In this document: in pieces, positions 19,325 through 27,167 of the stretch
How positions within the stretch are numbered: position 1 is the stretch's first letter
Layout of the letters: each line of letters starts with the position of its first letter
NCBI GenBank assembly: GCA_963663545.1
Contig: OY760505.1
Coordinates: forward strand, 1,344,001 to 1,408,000
DNA: 64,000 bases
Direction of reading: 5' to 3'
Origin: Candidatus Delongbacteria bacterium
GTDB lineage: Bacteria > CAIWAD01
Notes under the pieces: generated by a model
The model's database searches: none
Told to the model about the DNA's origin: nothing
The model's input: only the letters and a program-made list of their open reading frames with translations
Made by a program: the position numbers and the translations under genes

Positions 19325-20899
19325 TTAGAAGCGGGTTTCCAGTTGCAGGCGATATCCGCTGAAGGGGTTCACCAAACGGCAATTACCGCTCGAGCAAACC
19401 AGACCACCGCGAACATCACCGATAAATACTGTCAAGCTATGATCCAAGAACTGGCCTGTGCTGAAATCGTAACGCAGTTCACCTGAGTATACCCAATCGT
19501 CGCCCGACTCGCTTTCTTCTTCGTAATCGGCGGTCAGATTCAGCGAAAGACTCTGTAGTGGGAAATAGTCCAGGTACAGCAAAGAAGCCAGGTTCTCGTG
19601 TTCGTTGTCCAGATTCTCTTTGTTCATCAGCTCTGCACTGAACTCGGCTCTCCCCGGAAGGCTCAGCATTGACAAGGGCGTGAGATAGGATGCACCCAGA
19701 CCCACTTTACGATACCAGTCACCACTGCCGACCTGAGCCGTTTCTTCGGTGTAGGCCCCTGTCATGGTCAGGTGACGCTCGCCGCTGAGTTCACGCGAAT
19801 AGCGTCCCGTGTATTCCTGGTAAGCGGCAAAGGACTCTTCCATCACCGGAAGAGGACTGCCATCGTCAATCTGCGAGGCCCACGCTCCAGACAGCTGCAA
19901 CTCCGCTCCATCGGAGAAATAGTGTGACACATCTAACTGCAAACCGGTCTCGTCCTGGAAATTGGTCTGCTTGCGTTTGCGTGCAATCAGCTTCGTGGGA
20001 ATCTCCTGCTGGACAATGGGCGGATTGCAGAGCATCAACTTGTCGCCAGCCATGCGGTAATACTTGTGAGACAACTGCATGTACCAGCCGAACAAATCGG
20101 TCCCCAGTGTGGCATAGCTGGCCAGGCCACCATCTCCAGCGTTCTTCTCACCCGATAGCAAGCGCTGTCCCAGGTAGTTGTAGCCAAAGGCAATCGGACC
20201 CAGTGATCCGTCGATGTAGCCTTCAATGCTCTCGATATGCTGTCCGCTCATGGAGACTGGATCTTGTATCACATCATCAGCAGCAATCCAGGAAGCACCG
20301 ATCATGGCCCAGGGGTGGAAATACTCAACATTGGCCGCGTGTAACACACCATAATAGTCCGATTCGCCATAAAGGGCTTTGACACCAAAGAGCGAGCCGG
20401 AATACTCGACATAGGCACCGTCAGCTGCATTGTCCCAGGTACTGGGAGTATCCATGCGCAGAGTTTCTGTCAGCAGTGGGTTCTCTAGCTGATCATCACG
20501 ATAAAGCGAAAGCCCAAGGCCATTACCGAAGGTGGTGTGTGTATGTCCCACACGAACCAGCAGTGGTCCTTGCCATTCGAGCGAGCGGCGAATCAGTTCC
20601 TCTTCACGAATCTGCTGATCCCTTTGTATTCGACCATCAGGAAACTCGCTAGGGTGATACACGGCTCCTGCAAGGTTCATCTGAAAACGATTCCAGTTCA
20701 GATTCACGTCCAGCACTTCCTCGCGAAACTGCCGTGCGGCGTCCTGCCCATCGGAGAGTTGGACATCTCCATTGCCGTACAGCATGCGATTGATACCGGA
20801 AAGCCCGACTTGGGCCATTGCTGTTGAGCCGAGGAACAGGACTGCTGTGACACAAAACTGCAGTTTGGAAAGGCTAAGCGACACCCGGGTGCAAGCCAT
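19325..20899 (-). CDS. Outer-membrane beta-barrel protein (DUF6029-like)
   Basis: Signal peptide, amphipathic strands, 'TFGNGLGL', C-terminal 'RGGLVCSSGNCRLVNPFSG...RF'. Confidence 0.7.
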   Translation of the reverse strand: MACTRVSLSLSKLQFCVTAVLFLGSTAMAQVGLSGINRMLYGNGDVQLSDGQDAARQFREEVLDVNLNWNRFQMNLAGAVYHPSEFPDGRIQRDQQIREEELIRRSLEWQGPLLVRVGHTHTTFGNGLGLSLYRDDQLENPLLTETLRMDTPSTWDNAADGAYVEYSGSLFGVKALYGESDYYGVLHAANVEYFHPWAMIGASWIAADDVIQDPVSMSGQHIESIEGYIDGSLGPIAFGYNYLGQRLLSGEKNAGDGGLASYATLGTDLFGWYMQLSHKYYRMAGDKLMLCNPPIVQQEIPTKLIARKRKQTNFQDETGLQLDVSHYFSDGAELQLSGAWASQIDDGSPLPVMEESFAAYQEYTGRYSRELSGERHLTMTGAYTEETAQVGSGDWYRKVGLGASYLTPLSMLSLPGRAEFSAELMNKENLDNEHENLASLLYLDYFPLQSLSLNLTADYEEESESGDDWVYSGELRYDFSTGQFLDHSLTVFIGDVRGGLVCSSGNCRLVNPFSGYRLQLETRF

Positions 20900-20901
20900 T
20901 T

Positions 20902-21435
20902 CTACTCCCCTTCTTCGCTTGGGGCTTCAGGTTCTGCAACATCCGTCGTTGGCGGGGCAAGCAGCTCTTCGATGTACTCGCGCAAGTGTTCCTCGTCGCC
21001 GGGTTTGTAGCCGCTATGCGTGTAGACAACTTCGCCCGTAGGATCGACAAGGATCAAATAGGGCGGCACCGTACCCTTGAGCTGCTTCATCTCTTTACCG
21101 TTGATATCAAAGAGTACCGGGCAGCTCCAGTTCTTCCCACGCGCGTAAGGCGCCACGCCCTTCTTGCTACGAGGGCTGTCCACAGAGATCAGAGCCAGTT
21201 TGAGGCCACGGTCAGCGAACTCTTCCTGGATTCTGATCAGATGTGGTATTTCCAGTTTGCAGGGCTCGCAGTAGGTGGCCCAGAAGGAGAGCATCACGTA
21301 GCTGTTCTCGCACTCGGCGGTGAGATCATAGAGCTGATTATCCAGGTCACGAAGCTTGAAATCGGCCTTGGCCGCAATGACCTGTGTGACAAAACACAAG
21401 CAGAGAGTGGCTAGTAGCAGGTATGACTTGCGCAT
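20902..21435 (-). CDS. TlpA/ResA-like thiol-disulfide redoxin, exported
   Basis: 'FWATYCEPCKLEIP', 'ISVD', cis-Pro 'VPP', 'SGYKPGDE'. Confidence 0.9.
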   Translation of the reverse strand: MRKSYLLLATLCLCFVTQVIAAKADFKLRDLDNQLYDLTAECENSYVMLSFWATYCEPCKLEIPHLIRIQEEFADRGLKLALISVDSPRSKKGVAPYARGKNWSCPVLFDINGKEMKQLKGTVPPYLILVDPTGEVVYTHSGYKPGDEEHLREYIEELLAPPTTDVAEPEAPSEEGE

Positions 21436-21444
21436 GGGAGCTCC

Positions 21445-22191
21445 CTACTTGATCAGTGTCATGCTGCCGCTGCGTAGCTCATCGCCCAGCGTCAGGTGAT
21501 ACAGGTAAACACCGCCTGCCAAGCCGTTAGCGTCAAAGCGCACGATGTGCTCACCGGCTGACAGCATTGTATTGTTGTAGTACTCGCGCACGCTGCGTCC
21601 CAGCAGGTCCGTGATACTCAGGCTGACATTTTGTGACGCGGGCAGCGTGAAGGCAATCTGGGTTTGCGGGTTGAAGGGGTTGGGATACACGCGCACCAGA
21701 TCATGACTCTGCGGGAGCGGTGATACAGACACGTCGTCGCTCAGCGTGTAGGCGAGCTCCTGCCAGAGGGTATCGTCGGGGCACAAGGAGCGTACAAAGC
21801 CCGCGCGGAGGTGTGCTTCGCCGAAAAGGCTATCGGCAGTAACTTGAACATCGAATTCAGCACTGGACTCACTCGCGATGGCTGTGCTTCCGCTGGTTTC
21901 GCTGCCGAACATGATCAGCAAACAGAACTCTTCACCATCAGGATGTGTCCCGCACATCTGATAGCTCCACTGATCCGGACCATCCACCTTCTGCAGGATC
22001 AGAGTGATCTCATCATCCATGATGTTAGGGTTGTAGCCCTCGTACCACCACTGCTGTATCACGCCCTCGGCTGGAATCGTTTCCATCGCGGTGAAGACAA
22101 CCGGGTTGTCGTCCACAGTAATCTCGCTGCACTGGGCAAAGGCACTTCCAGCGGCCACCAGCAGCAGAAGAGCGATCAGGGTTCTGCGCAT
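21445..22191 (-). CDS. Secreted protein with T9SS type-A-like C-terminal sorting domain
   Basis: Signal peptide; 'VYPNPFNP...F.LP...I.DLLGR...GVYLY...MTLIK'. Confidence 0.8.
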   Translation of the reverse strand: MRRTLIALLLLVAAGSAFAQCSEITVDDNPVVFTAMETIPAEGVIQQWWYEGYNPNIMDDEITLILQKVDGPDQWSYQMCGTHPDGEEFCLLIMFGSETSGSTAIASESSAEFDVQVTADSLFGEAHLRAGFVRSLCPDDTLWQELAYTLSDDVSVSPLPQSHDLVRVYPNPFNPQTQIAFTLPASQNVSLSITDLLGRSVREYYNNTMLSAGEHIVRFDANGLAGGVYLYHLTLGDELRSGSMTLIK

Positions 22192-22258
22192 GTAATCCTC
22201 CCGGCGCGTAGCGCCTGTATCACGAGTTATCGGGGTTTCCAGAATCCTTGTATCACCA

Positions 22259-23470
22259 TCAGGGGTTCAGGCCCAGCATTTCTTGCAGAGCCGATTCCAG
22301 CACATCCTGCGACAACTGGCCCGCGCGCAACGCCACCAGCCCGTCTGGGCCCAGCAGGAAGTTGGTTGGAAACGAGGAAATGCCGATACGCTGCGCCAAC
22401 GGTGTGTTACCGGCATCCAGCAGAAAGCGGAATTGATATTCCGGGTGGTCTTCAACCCACGCAGGCAGGTTGGCAAAGTCAGTTGTATAGGGGTTTAGCG
22501 CCAGCACCTGGAAACCTTGGTCGCCATACTCTTCCAGCATGTCCTGAAACATGGGCATTTCTTCATTGCAGGCGGGACAATTGATAAACCAGAAGGAAAG
22601 CAACACCACCTGGCCTCGATGCTGACGCAGTGATACAAGATCTCCGCTGCCGACTTCGGCCAGCTCGAAATCTGGAAAGAGCTCGTCAACGGAGAATCCT
22701 TCCTCAACCTCAATCCAGGCAAAGCTGAAGCTCTGATCACATGCGCTGTCAAAATGATACCCAGCCGGAGTTGCCACAAAGCCGGGCAAAAATGCAGAGA
22801 CCAGACCGCCACCGATAGAGCTGATCGTATGGGTTCCGGTCAGACCCGTTGCACGACCGCGGTAGATGAGTTCCGCATCCTCAAAGGTAGGCAGGAATTC
22901 AAGTGATACATCGGCGCCAAAGAAGTCCATCTCGTATGTGGCTTCTTCTGCGACGAAAGTGCTATCCGCAAAAGTGCAACTCTCACTTGCAATCGCCAAC
23001 GTATGCTCGGTGTCGCGTGTTACATAGATCGTAGCGGGTGTCGTTTCGTCAAGGGTTACACCATCCAGCTGAATGGGCAAACCGTCAAGTTCGGTATTGG
23101 CGATGGAGCGCACGCTGATGGCGCTAAAACCATCGTCGCTGCGGTTGAGCAGAAAGCGAATGCTGTCACGCTCGGCACCGTGAAAACTGAAACTTTGCGT
23201 AGACAGATCGAAATAGGGGGCCTGAAAACTCACTTGGTAGGTTTGATCCAGGTTCAGCCCGTCGACGAGATCCCAGCCTGTACCCGTGCCGGTGGCAGCG
23301 ACGTAGCCGTCCAGAAGAATCTGGCCCGAGAGGTAGCCTCCAGTAGGATTCGCAGCATCCAGTGCACTGACGAAAAGCTGGCCAACGTCGCGGTTCTCGT
23401 CAATATCACACGCCGTGACACAAAACATCAGCCCGACTAGGGCGAGAGGTAGAGAGGTTGTTCGCTTCAT
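22259..23470 (-). CDS. Lipoprotein with PEGA-like region and C-terminal TlpA redoxin domain
   Basis: Likely start MKRTT at 23470 (track ORF begins 23563); lipobox 'VTAC'; 'FWFINCPACNEEMP', 'FPTNFLL'. Confidence 0.8.
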   Translation of the reverse strand: MKRTTSLPLALVGLMFCVTACDIDENRDVGQLFVSALDAANPTGGYLSGQILLDGYVAATGTGTGWDLVDGLNLDQTYQVSFQAPYFDLSTQSFSFHGAERDSIRFLLNRSDDGFSAISVRSIANTELDGLPIQLDGVTLDETTPATIYVTRDTEHTLAIASESCTFADSTFVAEEATYEMDFFGADVSLEFLPTFEDAELIYRGRATGLTGTHTISSIGGGLVSAFLPGFVATPAGYHFDSACDQSFSFAWIEVEEGFSVDELFPDFELAEVGSGDLVSLRQHRGQVVLLSFWFINCPACNEEMPMFQDMLEEYGDQGFQVLALNPYTTDFANLPAWVEDHPEYQFRFLLDAGNTPLAQRIGISSFPTNFLLGPDGLVALRAGQLSQDVLESALQEMLGLNP

Positions 23471-23671
23471 GGGGGCAAAGATAAAGAAGCCTGAGCTTAG
23501 GTTCAGCCAGACTTTTCCTCCGCTGATTCTTCGTTTGTTCACACATGTGTTTCCTAACGACATGATTCACGGGCGATCCTCTGCAAAGGCGTTGTCAATT
23601 CCTACCTTTCATGCTTTCGTTCGGAGTCGGCGCGCCAGTGGGGTGCGTCCGAAGCCTTAGCCTGCGAGGTT

Positions 23672-24868
23672 ATGATGAAGTCCATCGTTCCTGCACATCG
23701 CACTCTGGACATCAAGTACGCGGTGCGAGATGTGATTCTGGTGGCCGAAGAAGCCCGCCGCCGGGGTCGCGACATGCTCTATCTGAATATCGGTGATCCG
23801 AACCCTTATGATTGGCGGACACCGGCCCACCTGATCGAGGCCACTTGCGAGGCCATGAAGCGCAATCTGAATGGATACAGCCCCTCCTCTGGAATCAGTG
23901 AGGGCGTGGAGGCCATTCGGCGCGAGGCGGAGCGCAAGGGTATTCGTGCTATTCGCGAGATCTTTGTGACAACGGGCGCATCCGAAGCCATTGAGATCGC
24001 CATGACCGCCCTGTTGAACAAGGGCGACAACTTCCTGATTCCGTACCCCGGATATCCGCTGTACACCGCTCTGTTGAGCAAGCTCGAAGCGGAAGCGCGC
24101 CCCTACTATATGAATGAGGCGAACGGCTGGCAGCCGGATGTGGAAGATATTGAGAACAAGATCGACGAGCGCACCCGCGGCATCGTGCTGATCAATCCGA
24201 ACAACCCGACCGGCGCGACCTTCAGCAAGGATACGCTGATTAATGTCGCCGACATTTGCCGCCGCAAGGGGATTGTGCTTTTCTCCGACGAGATCTACGA
24301 CAAAATGATCTTCGACGGCAGTACCCACGTGAGCACCGCCGCCCTTTGCGAGGATGTTTGCATTCTAACCTTCAACGGCCTATCCAAGAACTACATCGCC
24401 CCTGGATTTCGCATCGGCTGGTGCATTGTCTCGGGTCCGGATGAGATTACGCGCGAGTACACCGAGGCAATGCTCAAGCTGACGCGTGCCCGTTTGTGCG
24501 CCAATCATCCAATGCAGTTCGCAATCGCTCCGGCCCTGGATGGGGATCAGAGTCATATTGACGAGATGAACCGCATTCTCAAGCGACGCGTCGAGCTTAC
24601 GGATCGCACCTTTGCTGCGATGGAGCATGCCAGCTGTGTAAAACCTGGTGGTGCTTTTTACGCCTTCCCCACCATCGAAATCGAAGGCGAGGACAGTGAC
24701 TTCGTCAAGGAGCTCATCCTGGAAACAGGTGTGGTTGTGGTCGCCGGCAGCGGTTTTGGCCAGCGCCCCGGCACAAAGCACTTCCGTATGGTTCTGCTTC
24801 CGGACGATGATATTCTGACACGTGCTTATGAGCGCATCGGCAATTTTCTTGCTAGCTGGCGTCGCTAA
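23672..24868 (+). CDS. PLP-dependent class I/II aminotransferase (AlaA-like)
   Basis: 'LNIGDP', 'INPNNPTG', 'DEIYD', 'GLSKNY.APGFR.GW'. Confidence 0.92.
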   Translation: MMKSIVPAHRTLDIKYAVRDVILVAEEARRRGRDMLYLNIGDPNPYDWRTPAHLIEATCEAMKRNLNGYSPSSGISEGVEAIRREAERKGIRAIREIFVTTGASEAIEIAMTALLNKGDNFLIPYPGYPLYTALLSKLEAEARPYYMNEANGWQPDVEDIENKIDERTRGIVLINPNNPTGATFSKDTLINVADICRRKGIVLFSDEIYDKMIFDGSTHVSTAALCEDVCILTFNGLSKNYIAPGFRIGWCIVSGPDEITREYTEAMLKLTRARLCANHPMQFAIAPALDGDQSHIDEMNRILKRRVELTDRTFAAMEHASCVKPGGAFYAFPTIEIEGEDSDFVKELILETGVVVVAGSGFGQRPGTKHFRMVLLPDDDILTRAYERIGNFLASWRR

Positions 24869-24937
24869 AGAGCGTGCTGGTTGATTTCAACTGATTTCGC
24901 TTAGCTGACCCTGTTTTGTTCAAAAACGAGCGCCAAC

Positions 24938-24975
24938 GGCGGGATTTGAACACCTCAAGTCCCGCCTTTTCTTTC
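24938..24975 (+). terminator. Rho-independent terminator after the aminotransferase
   Basis: GGCGGGATTTGA-acacc-TCAAGTCCCGCC followed by TTTTCTTT. Confidence 0.85.
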
Positions 24976-25029
24976 CCATTTACACACTTTCTCATTAATA
25001 ATATGAGACTTACAAAGTCTCGATATGTG

Positions 25030-25046
25030 CTGGCACATGGTTTGCT
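25030..25046 (+). promoter_or_regulatory. Sigma-54 -24/-12 promoter (RNA candidate 1)
   Basis: CTGGCACATGGTTTGCT = TGGCAC-N5-TTGCT, exact GG-N10-GC spacing; predicted +1 near 25057. Confidence 0.7.
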
Positions 25047-25056
25047 CCCTCAAACG

Positions 25057-25295
25057 GCGATAGGGTTCTTCAGAAAAGAGAGACTCTGGGTGCCGAATGG
25101 ACAAACTGTTTGAAGTTCACCACTTCACGATGGATGACAAGCCCGCCGTTAGGCAGATGGCGCGCAAACTCATCTTCCATTCAAACCTCCTACTCTCCTC
25201 ACCCGTATTTCTGATTTTGCTATTAGTCCTGTGTCTTTTTGGCATGTGACCAGGGTCTAGCCGCTATCTTATTCTGAAGAACCCTTTCCTTTTTT
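25057..25295 (+). ncRNA. Candidate structured RNA 1 (~235 nt, end-paired rod)
   Basis: AGGGTTCTTCAGAA (25062-25075) is complementary to 25272-25285; further stems 25081-89/25250-58, 25090-97/25238-45, 25108-14/25180-86; G-U wobbles work only on + strand; U-tract follows. Confidence 0.6.
25097..25249 (+). CDS. Possible 50-aa small membrane peptide inside RNA candidate 1
   Basis: Manual translation MDKLFEVHHFTMDDKPAVRQMARKLIFHSNLLLSSPVFLILLLVLCLFGM*; hydrophobic C-terminus; below ORF-track cutoff. Confidence 0.3.
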   Translation: MDKLFEVHHFTMDDKPAVRQMARKLIFHSNLLLSSPVFLILLLVLCLFGM

Positions 25296-25598
25296 CTCTT
25301 TGCGAAATCAGATTTTTTCCTGATTCATACATTTTTTCTTTGAACAAGGACTTTGTCCCCACACAAGCATGTTGTGACGGTCGTGATCCGTGTCCGGTGT
25401 GTTCAATTTCCGGGCGATACTTAGCGGCTATTGCCAGGACGTGCCAAACGCTGATTTGTCAAGGGGTTATGACGAACAGCTGGCTGGTTCCACGAACAAG
25501 TACGGACGACGTGGTGCACGATTCGGAACAACGAGCAAAATCAGAGTGCAGTACCGTGAGGTTTGACTGCATTTGAAATGCTTGTTTTTGTATACTTT

Positions 25599-25670
25599 AC
25601 AAGAAACCCACTTGCTGATTCTCAAAGAGGCACACCGCTTGCATTGAGAATCGCCAAGTGGGTTTCTTGT
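25599..25670. repeat. 72-bp inverted repeat (16 bp + 9 bp perfect arms, 18-nt loop)
   Basis: ACAAGAAACCCACTTG-ct-GATTCTCAA ... TTGAGAATC-gc-CAAGTGGGTTTCTTGT. Confidence 0.9.
25628..25643 (+). promoter_or_regulatory. Sigma-54 -24/-12 promoter (RNA candidate 2)
   Basis: AGGCACACCGCTTGCA, GG-N10-GC; predicted +1 near 25654. Confidence 0.6.
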
Positions 25671-25821
25671 TGAGATGGACGGCACAGGCCCCCGGATAAC
25701 GTGCATTACCCCCTTCTTGTGCGTTGTTCGTTACCCCCTTCTCGACACCACCGTTTGATTTTGCTAATTCACCCCCGCCTGTGCTGTCACTGCCGCTATC
25801 AACAAGAAACCCTACTTTTTT
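25654..25821 (+). ncRNA. Candidate structured RNA 2 (~165 nt, end-paired, C-rich loop)
   Basis: GGGTTTCTTGTTGA (25660-73) pairs with 25799-25812; GACGGCACAGGC (25678-89) pairs with 25777-88 (one G-U); loop has TTACCCCCTTCT twice; T6 tract follows. Confidence 0.6.
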
Positions 25822-25960
25822 ACCCACCAGGAGCAGAATTCCGAATAATCATTAACATTTATCGCGGTGTGTGGTACTAGTCCGTACTTGGCGCCTTACA
25901 CAGGCTGAGGGCTTGTTGTCGTTTGCACATGGACCAACTCGTGTGAACGGATCCACTTGG

Positions 25961-27121
25961 TCAGCTCACCGCGGCCGACCGCCTCTTGTTGATCAGAGCA
26001 AACAGCATTCCTGCAATCGCTCCGCCCGTTTGAGCCATGACCATCAATGAGACCTGTTGCCGCAGCTGGAAAAGCTGAAGAAGCAGCATCAGCAGCAGCC
26101 ACAGGATCCACGGCGCAACAATCATCCAGATAGGAATGGAATACCATCGATAGCGGAAGGGGATCAGAGAGAAAAACAGGTAGCGCAGTCTGCGCCCGGG
26201 ATGCATCAGTGTGTAGAAGACGATCAGGGCTAACACTCCGGGACTGAATCCCGCCAGCACCTCCGATGAACCCCTACCAAAAATCACGCAGGCAATGGCA
26301 CCCATAAGGATGCCGCTCCAAAACAGGGTCAGCATGGGCAGAACGCCTAGCTTCGCCTCCGCAAACCGCCCTGTCAGCATAAGCAAGTAGGCTCCCAGAA
26401 CCATGAACTGCCAAGCGTGCTGCGGAAGCGCATAGCTGAATAGGTTTAGTGCGTGAGATAGCGTCCATTCAGCCGGAATCAACCCAAGACCATGCACGGC
26501 TGCAGGATGCGAAAGACTGAAGGCAGCCGCCAGCACAAGGAGAAGTGTCAAGGCGATGGTCGCACGGGGAAACGATTTCTCGCCGTTCTCTTCAACGAGC
26601 AAGCCCAGCATGCCAAGTGCCGTTTCCCACCACGTATCGGGACCTCGATCACGATCCGGGAATGCATTCACCCAATCGTGACCTTCGCGCTTCATGCTGG
26701 CCTCGATGGCCATTGTCTGCTCGGCAGTCAAGTCGAGCGTAGACGACTGAGGCTCAACCTTAGCCGGAAGCTGAGCAAAGGCACTCTCGCTCAGCCACAC
26801 GACTTGACAAGCGGCGCAGACCTCCAGTTGTTTACCCTGAGGATCTCCGGGAAAAAGAATGCGTCGTAGCACGCCAGGACACGTTGGACAGCTATGTGTG
26901 CCGGAAGGCGCGGTCCTTGCCTGCTGCCAGAGCTGATTGACAAAGCCTCGATCGACGAATCGGCGTAACACAGCAATCGATACGCCACGCATGCCGCAAC
27001 CAGGACAACGCAAATGGGAGCCATGCTCATCAAGACTCTTCTGGAGTGGTGTGTTACAAATGGGACATGCGTGCGTCATATTTCCTCCTGTGCCTGGAGG
27101 AATGTAGCACACTGCCCTCAT
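25961..27121 (-). CDS. Zn-ribbon-fused rhomboid-family membrane protein, degenerate active site
   Basis: Four CxxC pairs at N-terminus, multiple TMs, 'GFSPG' and 'AQTGG' in place of GxSG / AHxGG; start may be 27079 (MTHACP). Confidence 0.7.
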   Translation of the reverse strand: MRAVCYIPPGTGGNMTHACPICNTPLQKSLDEHGSHLRCPGCGMRGVSIAVLRRFVDRGFVNQLWQQARTAPSGTHSCPTCPGVLRRILFPGDPQGKQLEVCAACQVVWLSESAFAQLPAKVEPQSSTLDLTAEQTMAIEASMKREGHDWVNAFPDRDRGPDTWWETALGMLGLLVEENGEKSFPRATIALTLLLVLAAAFSLSHPAAVHGLGLIPAEWTLSHALNLFSYALPQHAWQFMVLGAYLLMLTGRFAEAKLGVLPMLTLFWSGILMGAIACVIFGRGSSEVLAGFSPGVLALIVFYTLMHPGRRLRYLFFSLIPFRYRWYSIPIWMIVAPWILWLLLMLLLQLFQLRQQVSLMVMAQTGGAIAGMLFALINKRRSAAVS

Positions 27122-27167
27122 GAGATTGCGGAGAACCTAGGCTGCAGCCCACACTACGCCGACGCAG

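Noticed and set aside
14993..23470. tRNA-Sec or UGA-recoded selenoproteins near selAB
   Set aside because: No cloverleaf found by eye; redoxin motifs are Cys-based; the UGA stops examined are mostly ordinary stop/start overlaps.
25431..25447. Minus-strand TTGGCACG...GC as an antisense sigma-54 promoter
   Set aside because: GG-to-GC spacing is 9, not 10; same for 38646-38660.
25467..25827. Short minus-strand ORFs (76-79 aa) in the track
   Set aside because: No motifs or clear RBS; G-U pairing and U-tracts favour + strand RNA.
24870..25960. CRISPR array, tRNA or SRP RNA in the long intergenic region
   Set aside because: No regularly spaced direct repeats, no T-loop/cloverleaf, no SRP domain IV motif. 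6S RNA is not excluded for unit 1 but does not explain two units with sigma-54 boxes.
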